A stretch of DNA of 64,000 nucleotides, taken from assembly GCF_009914755.1 (NCBI RefSeq), contig NC_060939.1, one strand, 5' to 3'. Source of the stretch: the human T2T-CHM13v2.0 reference genome, Homo sapiens. Shown here piece by piece: positions 26,210 through 39,604 of the stretch (within the stretch, counting starts at the first letter, position 1; the number at the start of each line of letters is the position of its first letter). The notes beneath the pieces are model-generated. The model did no database searches and was not told the origin of the DNA. It saw nothing but the letters and a program-made list of their open reading frames with translations. The position numbers and the translations under genes were made by a program.

Positions 26210-26640
26210 AACACTGAGACTCAGAGAGGTGACAGGACTTGCAGAGGGTCCCATAGCTAGACCCCTAGCTTACTGACCCCTAAGTTTACTGACCCCTAAG
26301 CTGGAATGTAATCCTACAAAGTTGGAAAGTTTATTCTGTTTACTGCTGTATTCCCAGCACCTAGAACAGTGCCTGGTACATAGTTGATGCTTAATGCATA
26401 TTTTTGGGAAGAAAAAAAAAGATAAAACATTTTGTTTGTAACTTCAACTATGCCCTCAAGGACACAGCTTTGTCTGCAAATAAGCAGAATTTTAGTATAA
26501 TCTACCCCCCTAAAAAACACAACCTATACAATTTAATGTTCAAATGTATAAATTTTATGTAGCAGTGAACTTACAAAATGTCCAGTGTCCAAGTCAGGAT
26601 AGGAACTCAGGCTCTGTGCCTCCAAACTCAGGATCTCGTC
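26210..26640 (-). mobile_element. MIR split into 26210-26260 and 26581-26640 by the inserted duplication
   Basis: ACTGAGACTCAGAGAGGTGACAGGACTTGCAGAGGGTCCCATAGCTAG continues as TCCAGTGTCCAAGTCAGGATAGGAACTCAGG...CTCCAAA, collinear with the reverse MIR consensus. Confidence 0.7.
26282..26580 (-). repeat. Arm B (derived copy) of the ~300-bp inverted duplication
   Basis: Reverse complement of 25289-25587, including L2 tail, MER58A TSD and the first 17 bp of MER58A. Confidence 0.95.
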
Positions 26641-28030
26641 TGATCACTTGCTGTCCTTCCTGGATCTCGGTAAATCATGTGATCCATGAGTAATAAATGT
26701 TGGGTATGTCTACAAATGGTAGCAGGACTCACTCAGTTCAATAACCCAGGGAATTCTAGAGCTGGGCTGTGCTGTATGGAGAGGCACTTCAGGGAAACAG
26801 ACCTTTGAGAGTTAACCAAATCTTTCTGTTAGAAATGCGTCTGCTGTTGTCTCACCAGTATGTCCAACGGTGAGGATACCAGTGGAAATCACCCAGGAGA
26901 AGAATATGGTCATTCTGGGAATAAATTCTGCAGCCACGGTGGATGAGAGAAGCCAATCCCTCTAGATATGAATGAAGCCAGGCCTTCAGTAGTAGATTCA
27001 CTGTGAACCAGAACGCCTGCAGGAGGTTAAACATTTTGGCTTTTTTCACCTGATGGCAGGCTCCAGTGGACCACCCAAGGAGCCCTTTGAAATACTACTT
27101 TTCATGGTAATTAGTTTCAAACTTTTGCTTGTTTCACTTAAGGATCAGGTTCTCTAAAAACTTCTTTGAAGACCACAGTTGTTCAGCGTATTTAATGTCA
27201 GTTATCCTCAAGGAAAGAGAAAAACCAGTTGTGAAAGCCAAGGGTTTTATACCACCACACCCTCCTGAAGTCCCACAGATTTCTACTATTTCAAGCAAAT
27301 CAAGCCACAATAGCATAAATGTTCTTTCAAGGAACTTTAAGCTAATTAATTGTGAATGTGACAGCTAGAGTACAGAGAATTAATTTCCTGAGGTTGGTCT
27401 CCCCCAACCAAAAAATGTGTTTTTTCTGAAGTTGGTTTCTGGGATCTGTCATTTGTGGGCTCTTACAGGAAGTGGGGGGGTGGGGGCGGCTAGGAGACCA
27501 CCACACTTGTTGGAGGCACTCGGAATTCTTTTGACAAATGGTTTTGCTGACTTGAGACATCTGGGCCATATTGGGCTTAAATTTGATTTTAAAATCTTTC
27601 TTCTTAGGCCAAAGATAATGTTCTCTTTGGAAATCCTGGACATTACTGCACTGATGCCCATACACATCAACCTTCACACATTTTTTTAAAACCTTCGTTA
27701 TCACATCAAGGCTATGTGATAAGAGTCACACAACTTCAGTCTGCCTGTGACACCATGGAGCACACTTGTTAGGATTTTTGCTGATTTTTTTTTTCTGAAA
27801 TAATTTTTACATAGTACCATTTCCAGGTAATTTTCAAAGAGAAACTTCATCTAGTGTTTATGCTTCAATCATTCATATGCTTAATACAGGTGTATGGGAC
27901 ATCTTCTATGCCTGAGAGTTACCAGGTATCTGATATCATGAAAACATGGCTCTTTCCTCAAGGATTAGCGAGACAGACACCTAGTCACAATTCAAGATGC
28001 TAAGTGCTATTAAATTTTGTGGATATTGGA

Positions 28031-28269
28031 CATATTTTCACTTGCGAGTGGGAGCTAAATGATGAGAACACATGGACACGTAGACGGGAACAACACACAC
28101 TGGGGCCTTTCAGACGGTGGAGGGTGGGAAGAGGGAGAGGATCAGGAAAAATAACTAATGGGTACTGGGCTTAATACTTGGGTGATGAAATAATCTGTAC
28201 ATCAAACCCTATGACTTATGTAACAAACCTGTACTTGTACACCTGAACTTAAAATAAAAGTTAAAAAAA
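28031..28269 (+). mobile_element. 5'-truncated older L1PA (about L1PA13-16) 3' end
   Basis: GTGGGAGCTAAATGATGAGAACACATGGACAC...GGATCAGGAAAAATAACTAATGGGTAC...CTTAAAATAAAAGTT; degenerate TSD ending GATATTGG on both sides. Confidence 0.9.
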
Positions 28270-29209
28270 TACTTTGCAGATATTGGGGAAGACTTTTTAG
28301 AAGAAAGGACATCTCAACACAAGGCTGAGAAGTAGTTCACCAAGGCAAGTAAATGAAAAGCACACATCAGGCTGAGCATGTATGAAATCCAGATGCAGAC
28401 ACAAGGACCTCTTAAGACCTAAGGTAGTATTACTGAACAATGAGAGCCTGGGTTTCTTTCACCTGCTTGGTGTGGTACACTCTTAACCTTCTCATCTACC
28501 TCTCTCTCCCCAGGACTTAGCATAGTGCCCGCTATTTTATAAGAATACAGTAATAATGTCAAATGAATGAATGAGTGTTCTTATGACTTTTTTTGGACAC
28601 AAATGTTCTTCCCCTGAGATAGTAAGTTCTCTTAAGATAGGGTGTGAGGCTGTTTTGATGTAATCCAAAGATAACTTAACTGATTTAGTCTGTGAGTAAA
28701 AATGGCTGTTATTATTTTTAAAATCCAGGTAGATGTTATCACTCTCATTGTTATTATAACACTGTTATCATATCCAAGCATTTTTAATGAAAACACCAAA
28801 GTTTATCTTATAAATAACAAATCCATTACAAATCTAAGACTCTGTTAACAATCAAGATCCATATTAATGGAGTTCCTGACACTTCACTACTTCAGAAACA
28901 CTAGTAAAATAAATTAATAAAATAAAGCAGTCAAAGCAATAAAAGAAAGATTTCACTTTCATGCTATGGAATTATGTCTGAATATACCCATAATTTCTTC
29001 CCTTTGCAGAAAATGGTAAAATTGCCTAAATCATAGATCAGTGGTGCTCTAATGAGACCCGATTTGGATTCACTTCTATTCAAGGCAAACTAACTGTATA
29101 TAAATGCCTTGCTTTAAACATTCACAATATTATACAAACTATCCCACTGAAGTGAGTTTGGGCTGGGAAGAATAAGGTGTGGAGCCTAAATTAAGAATTT
29201 TCCAGCGTT

Positions 29210-29527
29210 GGCCAGGTGCGGTGGCTCACACCTGTAATCACTTTGGGAAGCCGAGGTGGGCGGATCACGAGGTCAGGAGATCGATGCCATCCTGGCTAAC
29301 AAGGTGAAACCCTGCTTCTACTAAAAATACAAAAAAAAAAAAAAAAAAAAAAAATTAGCCAGGCGTAGTGGCGGGTGCCTGTAGTCCCAGCTACTCAGGA
29401 GGCTGAGGCAAGAGAATGGTGTGAACCTGGGAGGCGGAGCTTGCAGTGGGCCGAGATCGCGGCATTGCACTCCAGCCTGGGCGAAAGAGCAAGACTCTGT
29501 CTCAAAAAAAAAAAAAAAAAAAAAAAA
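29210..29527 (+). mobile_element. Full-length Alu, AluY-like
   Basis: ATCCTGGCTAACA and GGAGCTTGCAGTG diagnostics; 17-bp TSD AAGAATTTTCCAGYGTT at 29193-29209 and 29528-29544. Confidence 0.95.
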
Positions 29528-30379
29528 AAGAATTTTCCAGTGTTGAAGAGGACAGAGTGACTTTCTCCTCACCAGCCTCACCCTCTGGGGACACAGAGAG
29601 AGCTACAAATTTGGCATTACCCAGTTGGTGGCTGGTGTGACTCAGAAGGAGGGAAAATCATGGCTCAGAAACTGAAGATGTGTTGAAACCACCTTGATCT
29701 TTTGAGGCTCCGCCTGCTCGCCCTGCAGTGGCTGAGTCCTGACCATCCTCGGAGGTCACTCCTGCTCCCCGAAAGCTCTGCTCCTCTGCTAGTACTTTTT
29801 AGCCTTCTTAGCTAAATCTTAACTTACTATTATTGCTCAGACCTCTGTCTGAAAACCTGGGCCCTGCAGAAACAGCAGCTATTGGAAGCAATACTCCTGT
29901 AATGACCTACTGTGCTTATTTTTCTAGATGAAGTAAATTATGTCTGAGGTAATGTCTTGCAGGGCGTTAGTTAAGGAAAAATTCCCATTAGGTAGGCCTC
30001 CCTACAGGTATCCAGAATTGGTGTCTTATCCTACAATGTTTATTTTAATTTTCTTAATTTAAGCTCCTTGGATTCCAGACCTCCAGACCAATGGTGGATC
30101 TGCTCATCAAGTCCCAACTCAGCCACTCATCTGTCAGCTTGTGCAGGTTTTGGGACAGGATCTGAAGACCTCCATGACCTTTCTACTTCTTGGAGTCATG
30201 ATTTCTAAAATCTGGCTGGCCTTGGTCTTCTTGGCTCCCAAGGTCCTCTACTGCCCAAGTTCCTGTGTCACAAAATCAACTGTTTCCATGTGTTAGAAGC
30301 ATACACTTCATCTCCACTAGCAGCAGCAAAGAATGATCACCTATCTTTGTAGGGGAGCAGGGGTTTACTGCAATAGAGA

Positions 30380-30630
30380 ACCAGGGTAGTGGGGCCCACA
30401 GTGCTGAGTTTCAATCTGTTGCTAGTTGCTAACCAGGTGGCCTTGGAGAAGTTTTTTTTTTCTTTTTTTAACCTTTCCAAACCTCAGTTTGTTCATCAGT
30501 AACATGAGAATAATTATGGTACCCATACATCATAGGACTGTTGGGTAGAGTATATGAGATAATATATTTAAGGCCTTTAACAGAGCCAGGCACACAATCA
30601 ATGCTAGAAATATTAGCTGCTCGTGTTAGT
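30380..30630 (+). mobile_element. MIR SINE
   Basis: CCTCAGTTTGTTCATCAGTAACATGAGAATAAT...TGAGATAATATATTTAAGG...GGCACAC. Confidence 0.65.
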
Positions 30631-31520
30631 GTTACTTAGAGAAGGGAAAGCAAATAACTGTCAAAAGTCAATAAAATGATACTCTAAACATCTAATTAAA
30701 TGCAACCTGATAATCATAGAACTGTACATTTATATGATTTGAAGCATTTTTTCCTAAAAAGAACAGTTAGTTTCTATGATTAATTATTTAGATTACAGAA
30801 ACAAATTTGAGGACTCACTTTAAGAGGACACGAAGTGGCACCAATGGAGATCAGACATCAGAGGATATCAATGAAATTTATGTCTAACAGGCTAATAGCA
30901 CTGAGGGTTAGGGTCAGGGTTCTGGAAATTCCACTATATTAAAAGGAAATGCTTTTAAATGTTACTTAGCAGAAACAAATCATCTCCTTTTTCACCACTT
31001 GTAAAATAAGTCACAAACATAAACCTTCCACATCTACGTGCCATTTTAGAATGCTGTTTCCTTTAAAAGCACACATACAAGCCATCCCCATGAATGTGGG
31101 ATTGTCACTGGGTCACTAGATAAAGGAGATTTATAAAATCTGTGACTGCATCTCCTGTAAGCATGCTTTGAAGAAGTAATCTACTCCTTCACCCATGGGT
31201 CCTAGAATATGGCCTGCACACAGACAAATGTGTAAGTTGTAAGGAGCAGTTCTGCCTCCCTCAGAGGCTGAAATTCTTTCTTCTGACCAATCACATCTCA
31301 CCTTACTCTTTGGTTTCCAGGAACATTTAAGGATTAACTACTGGAAATCCTGTAGGTCTATAAGCCCATGTATTTCTATTCCCTCACCCACTCCTCACCC
31401 TGGCATTGGTTTGGCATCCACCTCTTCACTCTATCTTACTTTTGGTCCTAATTTCTCAACAATGATTTCTATTAGGTCAACCCTACTGTCACTTATGTAG
31501 GTCAAAAACCTTTGAATTTC

Positions 31521-31800
<280 letters not shown>

Positions 31801-32776
31801 AAACCAATGAATTTCAACAACTTCATTTGATTCAACCTATTTTTCCCATTGTTAGTTTATGGATTTGTTGTAGGCCAGCTCAAAGCCTCCGGAAAAGGAG
31901 AAAATATATGCATATAGCAATAATCAGCAACAGACTGGTTTTTATAGATATTCAACATAACACAAAGAAATTAAATTTAATACGTGTCTGACCTGAGAAA
32001 GCCAGAAATAAAAAAATCCGCCGATGCATTTAACTTTTTTTCTTAGGGTATGCCTTGCTTTAAAGGTGAGGCAGGTACTAATCTACAAAACAAATCTTGC
32101 CACCTGACACCTCAGCCTCTATCTCTCACCCCTATTTTAACCTCAAGGCCTCTTCTGTAGACCCCATTATGGACTCCTCAATGGTTAGACAAATGCTGAT
32201 CTAAACAAGGATTAATTAGAAGTGAGATGAAAACAATGCTCTGTACTCTGCCTTTTCCACACTGAGTCTTATGACTCCAAACTTCATCATGATCTTTGGA
32301 CCCTTGCTGCACCTTTCTTATTGTCAGCCTCTGCTCTTGGACTGCACTTGTCTTTCTTCCCACTGCCACACCACACCCCTATGGCCTCCTAAGCTGCATG
32401 GCTCCTGCCATTCCCACATCTGGACACACTCAGCATGACTGTCTCTGCTGTTTCCAGCCCCACTAGAGAGAGACCCTCATCAGGCCAGGAGGCCCCAGAC
32501 AGGCACCTCTGACCAGCCCTGCTGGGACCCAGTGCTGGCCCACCATTTCTCCCAAAGGGAGATTCAATATATTCAACTGTCCTGAAGTCTCTACTCTACA
32601 TTGGATGAAACACCATTTTACCATGACTTAGAAAATCAGGATACGGCTTAAACTGCGAGGCTGGCCATTAGAGCTGAGGCTCAAAGCACATTTCAAAACC
32701 CAAAATGGCCACTCTGTCACTGTCATTTCATTTTTAGTAAACCTCTAGCCTTTCTTTTACCACCAAAAAACAAGAA

Positions 32777-32810
32777 GAGAGAGAGAGAGAGAGACAGAGA
32801 GAAAAGAGAG
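32777..32810. repeat. (GA)n microsatellite
   Basis: Directly visible. Confidence 0.9.
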
Positions 32811-33384
32811 TGGGAGTAAAAGGGAAAGAGTTAGAAAACAGGGTGACTTTTTCTGAACAATGGTTGCATTAAAAAGTGTCCTTGAAGCAGAGAGACCACT
32901 CAAGAAGGAAATAACACCTCAAACCAGGGGGCCATTCACCAAAAAAGAGTTCACATTTGAAGCTCTTTGCAAAATGTTTTCGTGTGTCTGCTTTCCCTTG
33001 TTCATTACAAAACTGATGAAAAATAAAGATGATAAGTATGTTTATACAAAAAGAACCCATTCAATAATTCATCACCTTGTTGGCTTACAATATAACTACT
33101 CCAAAAGAAACGTGTTTTCCTACCCACTGACCATGAATGGATACCTGAGACTTAAATATGGCTCAGAGCATTGTCTTCCCGCGCACGTGTTGCGGAACTG
33201 TCCCCAGTATGCTGCCCGTGCTAGTTAACCCAGGTGGGGCTTCAGCCTTGATTTGCCCCACTGTTCTGTATCTTCCATCTCTTATGTCTCCCACTACAAA
33301 GCATGCTGGCGAACACCCAAAGTTTTGTTTCGTTGCAACCACTAAAATTCACTAGACACGGAATTATAGTATTTTTCAGCCTAG

Positions 33385-33605
33385 AATGGCATTCTCGATT
33401 AGGGGCAATTTTGTCCCCTAGGGTATATTTGGCAATGTTTGAAGACATTTGTGATTACGACAACTAGGAGGGGAGTATGCACTGACCTCTAATGGGCAGA
33501 GGTCAGGGATGTTGCTAAAAACATCCTACAACGCACCAGACAACCCTTCATGATAAAGAATGTTCTGGACCAAAATGTCAGTAGTGCTGAGATTGAGAAA
33601 CTCTG
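33385..33605 (+). mobile_element. MER20 (hAT-Charlie)
   Basis: ATTTTGTCCCC...ATTTGGCAATGTTTGAAGACATTT...AGAGGTCAGGGATGTTGCTAAA...CCAAAATGTCAGTAGTGCTGAGATTGAGAAACTCTG. Confidence 0.9.
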
Positions 33606-33795
33606 GCCTAAGTGGAACACAGTAGTAAGCATCTGCTAGGCCAAAGCCTAGGGAGGGAAGGGATGACAGGATTTGCCTAGAACTACCCAGTTTGGAGGTG
33701 GTAGAGCTACATGCGGCACTCAGGTTAGGTAGTGCTATATATTTCCTCTACAGCATGTTTATTCTAAAAGGACTTACCCTTTAGATGGAGCTTAA

Positions 33796-33797
<2 letters not shown>

Positions 33798-33845
<48 letters not shown>
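33798..33845. repeat. (AC)n microsatellite with one interruption
   Basis: Directly visible. Confidence 0.95.
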
Positions 33846-34042
33846 GGTCTAGAAGGATACACACCTAGACGTAACTGGTGATTACTGCTGGACATAGGAT
33901 TGTACTGATTTTCCCTCCTTGTTCTGATACGTTCAGCCAAGATTTGTTTGGTTTGTTACTTTTGTTTTGCTTTACAATAAGTACTTACTGATTTTATAAG
34001 CAGAAAGAATAAGAAACTATTTTTATTTTGAAAAACTATATA

Positions 34043-34491
<449 letters not shown>

Positions 34492-34629
34492 TCAGAGTAT
34501 TAAATATCTAAAATATGGCTTAATAAATTATAGTTTGAACAAAATACATAAATTATATTAAAAAGTGTTTGTTTAACCCCAAATATATGCAAATGATGGA
34601 ATGGTATGCAGCTGTTAAAGATCATGTTT

Positions 34630-34790
34630 TCCATTATTTCAGTGTTGATCTCCCCATTAAACTGAAGTCCATGAGGCCAGGGATCTTGCCTTTTCAATTC
34701 CTTCTGCATCCCTGGTATCCAAAGAAGTTCACACAGTAGGTATGTAATAATTATTGTTGAATGATTAAAATGAATAAATGAATATAGTTA
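34630..34790 (+). mobile_element. L2 3' end fragment
   Basis: TCCATGAGGCCAGGGATC...CACAGTAGG...TGTTGAATGA. Confidence 0.6.
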
Positions 34791-36211
34791 TCAGTGACAG
34801 TATTACAGATAATTAGAATCTTTTTATTTTTCTGTTAATATGTTTCTAAGATTCTCCAATAAGCATGTGCTACTTTTATAAATAGAAGATAGATTGTGTT
34901 GTTTGTGCAAAAAGTAAAGGAACAGAGAACTTAAGTAAAAAAGAAAAATGGAGTACAAAAGAGTATACGAAAGGGTGTTGAGTACTTGGAAAGCCCATTC
35001 CACGATGCAACTGAGGGATACCACGATGTGGCTACCATGGATTCCAAGTGTGGGTGTTATATTTAGCCAATTGACGGCCAGCACTCCTTTGTCAAACTGG
35101 TTTTCTCTTCCAGCATTCTTCTCTGATTTGAGCTTTTCTCCCACTGGTAACACCAAGAGCTAAAACAATGGAGAAGCTACAAATGAGATTCGTTGGTTAT
35201 AGCCTCCAGTGGCCCCCACAGTATTGGAGGCATTGTGGCAGCCGTAGAGGCTGGAGGTGCTTTTCAACTGGATTGCGTCCGTGGCTGACAAATGGAATAA
35301 AAGAGCTATGCTGTGGTGCTCAAAATAGAACAGAAAAAAAAGGATCCCAAAGAGAGAAAGAGAGAGAGAGAGAGAAGGACAAGAAGAAGAAGAAAATGGC
35401 ACAGACATGAGAGGCTAGCTTCTGGAACAACCTAAAAAGACCAATGTTAACCCAGACCCATGAATATGATTCTCACATCCTTTGTAGAATTTTTTTTTTT
35501 TTTCAAAAGTGCCTCTTTGGGACTGCAACCCTGAAAAATGTCATCTGCCCCTTTGCTGGAATGACTGGATACTTATGTCACCCAGTAGAAAAAAATGCCT
35601 GGTGATTTTATGTATATTTGACTACTTGTGGTTATCTGGGTGAGGTGACTGAAGAAACAAACAAATCTAAAAATATAAATCCACATTTGTGTATGGAGAG
35701 AGAGCAAAAGAATCTGAGGGAAAAAAATGAAACAGGGATACAGGGAGAGAGACAGGGAGATGTGGACAGCCTGTATAACAGGGTGGGCCCCACAGTAACT
35801 GTCATGGGGTAGAGTTAGCAGTTACTGAAGTGGTCTGGAGTTTATTGACTCTATTAAGGTCCTATGTCAAAACCCATTCTCTCTTGCCTTCTTCATCCTC
35901 CCAAAATTTTGAGACAGTATGTCTTTACCAAGAGAAAAATCCTTTCCTCCTTCATTTAGAGCTATAGCTCAAGATGAAAACAGCCCCCAAAAGAGCACGG
36001 GAGTCATGAGTGTCTCATTGTTTTTGAGCACAGGTTTTAGGGACATAGAGCAGGGATGATTGGGAATCCAGGGGTGAGAGGAAGGTGGGAGTCACTGAAG
36101 AAATAACAGGCCCCCAAAACAAATGTTGTTTTCCTTATAGTTTGGACCATAGCAAGCCCTGTCTTTAAAAGCAGCCTTTTCATTTCATTCTATGAAAACA
36201 GCGTATATGAC

Positions 36212-36737
36212 TGTAGTAGATTAAAGATGGCTATATATTTTTAACGCTCCCTTCAGTGAGAAGTGGGTTTGATTTCCACTGGCCTTGAATCTGGACTGGT
36301 CTATAATACTTTGACAAATGGAGTACAGTGGAAGTGATGCCATGCCCATCTGGGGCTCAGCCTATAAGAGAACTCATAGCTTCCATCATGTTCTCTTGTA
36401 GCCCTGATCTTCCACATGAGAAGTCCAAGTACTCTGTAGTAGAACCATGTAGAGATAACCTCAGAAAACATGGAGTGTGCAGTTGAACCCCAGACTTCCA
36501 GCTATCCCCGCCAGGTTACCAGATATACAAGTATTGCCATCTTGGACCCTTCAATGCAGCCTGGCTGCAGTTGAATACCAACAAGTGACTAACTGATGCT
36601 AGGCAGAACAGAAGAATTGCCCGGCCTAGCCCTGTCTGAATTCCTGACCCAAGAAACATTGTGAGATATAACAAAATGGTTGCGGCTTTGGCTACAGAAT
36701 TCTGGAGTAGTGTGTTTTACAGTGATAGACAGTCTGG
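36212..36737 (+). mobile_element. MLT1H-like (ERVL-MaLR) solo LTR
   Basis: TGTAGTAGATTAAAGATGGC start, CCTTGAATCTGG, GGAAGTGATGC, GAATTCCTGACCCA...GTGAGATATAACAAAATGGTTG. Confidence 0.8.
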
Positions 36738-36839
36738 TCCAGGCAAGAGGATGACAATGTCTGTCTACTTTCAATGTTGGCTTTGAATCAAAAATATATA
36801 TATTTCAGATAGATTGATCGACAGAACACAACTTGTAGT

Positions 36840-37060
36840 CTTTACGGAATGCAGTACAATGCAAATGCTATCTGTTTGTCTCAGCTCAAATCTTAGCCTT
36901 GCCATTTGCTCTGCAGTATATAACTTTGGCAAACTACTAACTTCTTTGAGCCTCAACTTCCTCATGTGTAAAACAAGGATAACAACATCGCCTTGATGGA
37001 ATGGTTGGAATTGTTATATGAGAAAGCAAATGTGAAGCACGGAGCTCAGGAAGAGGTATG
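36840..37060 (+). mobile_element. MIR SINE
   Basis: TTTGGCAAACTACTAACTTCTTTGAGCCTCAACTTCCTCATGTGTAAAAC. Confidence 0.65.
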
Positions 37061-38297
37061 CACAGCCTGTGCTCCCTGAGCCATCTTGTCTGTGTTAACG
37101 TCCAATTTTCAAATCTCAGGCAGCTTCTCTGCTGCCTCATTTCCTGGTCACTCTGACTTTTCCTAGGGAATCACTTCCCCACTGTTTGTCTTGTTGACAT
37201 TTCCACCTGACTGACTGTTAGACCTTCAGCAAATAGAGGGAATCTTTAAAAGAACCATATCTGGTATCCAAAAAGTCCTTCAGTAGCCGAGAAATTGTTA
37301 TATGTGGAGATTACATTTCCCCCAAAAAATCAAAGAACATGGTTTTTTGTAAGGCAGATGATCTAAACACCCATAATATGAACATTAAAAAAAGATCAAA
37401 AAGGAGTTCTAAGAATTGAGATGGTAAAAATAAGAAGAAGGTTCTAACTCGGGATTTCATTGAAGTGACTGGACAAAGGTGAGCAGGTGGGGGCCCCTGG
37501 ATATGTTTCCCATCTCCCGGTCCTACAGCTCACGAGGGCTGAGGCAGTAACTAGGTCTCAAAGGCTATACACTGCAACGTCTTTTGCCTACAACCAAGTG
37601 CAGAAATATCCCACATGAAAGGCCCGAATTCCATGCCTGGGTGGTTCCTGTGGAACCTTTCCTTGCACTTGCTTATGTTAAACTCCTTATAGAGTCAGCC
37701 TGCCAAGGGCCACCCAGTGACAACCATGGATTTCAATTCCTCCTGCAAAATATGTCAACCCATTTGTTTACTCAATATAGACAGCTTTGATCTCCATCTG
37801 AGGTGGGTCTAACAGTAATGAAAAAAGCAACTTTTCTTGCATGAACAATTGTAAGGATGATGAAAGAATCAAAACTCTGAAAGAACAACTTAAGACATTA
37901 CTAAAAGGACTGTGTCCTCATCCAGGTTTTGCAATGGGGATATTTTATAGTTACAACTTCTTCCTAGACAACTGAGTCTCTTTCTGAAATGGTTTGGCAC
38001 ACCTGCTAAGAGTTTGTGGCATAGACTTGGAAGACGACTGAGAACTTTGAAATCCCTACCCTTTGCAAGGACCAGAGGACACTCACAGTTGCCACATTTA
38101 AACCCAACAGCCCACTAGAACAACATCATCTGTGACTATCTCTCTTGTGCTCCTCGGCTACAAGATCGTCTTCCTTGATAGTTTTTATTGCTTCTGGAAG
38201 TAATTTGCTCTTCATCAGGTTATCACAAATGAAAACCAAGACAGGTCAGAAGAAAGCTGGTTTCTTTGTCAGCAAGATACTTCCCTTTGCCAGAGCT

Positions 38298-38299
<2 letters not shown>

Positions 38300-38330
<31 letters not shown>
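38300..38330. repeat. (GA)n microsatellite
   Basis: Directly visible. Confidence 0.95.
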
Positions 38331-39604
38331 TTGGAATTAGAAAAAAAAGGTTTCAAGTCCCTTTCTGACATCTGTGATCTTTTAACAGAGATGTAAAGCA
38401 TATGAGATTTGCAACCTTTCGTGGCCTGAAGGGATCCAGTTATTTGGCCAGTTGTGAAGACATACTCTTGTTCCTACTCGCACTGTCATGCTGTCATGGG
38501 GGGTGCATGCCTGTTTCATGATAAAAGGAAGCTAAACGGGGTTTTTACAGGAATTTCAGAAGTCTCAGAATTATTGAAGACTCATACCAGGATGAAACCC
38601 AAGTTCTTCAAACCAAAGTGAAGCAAATGTGACATATTATAGACAAGAGCAGAGGAGCAGGAAAAAAGAGAAAGAAATGACAAAGAAGCAGGCGGACAAA
38701 ATGAATAGAAAAAATGGCATCTTTTCATGCATGTTGGATGTAACTCCTGGGACATCAATTTCTTTCTATGTGGTTATACGTTTGTGGTTATCTGGCATTT
38801 GGACGGGCAGAATGGAGGGAAGGGGTTTTTAAAAATAACACACTCTCTTTGGCACAGGACAGTACTAGCATGAAAGGTTGGTTGTTTCAAAGGACTAATC
38901 CAGGCTGTGGGGCTGTCCTGCAAACACTGAATCATGACCTTGCCGGCACCTTGCTGCGGGCATCAGCAGGAGAAGATGTGGAGGTTCCAGCAATGGTATT
39001 TTGTTCCACGTAAGACCAACCACATTCCCTCACATCTTACTTCACATAGTCTAGCACTCCGTGTAGTCCAATATGGGCATCTAAGAAGCAGCAGGCTAAT
39101 AAGAGCCCAAAATGAAGAAAATCTAAAAATTAGCCCGACTTAGCCAATAAAAAGTAGCTCCAGCTAACCCAGCCAGACCTTTAGGAAAGAGCCCAGGAAT
39201 GTCTCTCTCCATCCTTGCCCTGCTCCTCAACCTCCCCTTTGTTCACCAGGCTCCCAACTTCTCTTCTTGCCTCATACATACCCGGCCACGGATGCTGTCT
39301 CATCGGCTGGATGCACAACACTTCAATGGAGCAAGGGCTTTCTGTTGTTGTTGTACCTGCCCTCTTGCTCCATCAACTCCAGGTGAGTATTTCAGGGTCC
39401 CAGCTGGGCGGTCCCAAACCTGTCAGGTCTGACCACCCCACCTCAGGGGACACTGGCCTGACCTGAAGCAAGGGCAGCAGGCCGGTGGGCCTGGTCACCA
39501 GTCCCTGGAGAAGGTGTTTCTACCACGTTCTTTCAGTGTGGTGAAAAGGACATGTGTGACTGCTAAGGAAGAGTTACACGGGGCGAAAAGGGAGAGGAAG
39601 ATTA

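Noticed and set aside
32860-33228. 122-aa ORF with a good Kozak context (ACAATGG)
   Set aside because: No recognisable protein features and no promoter or splice evidence
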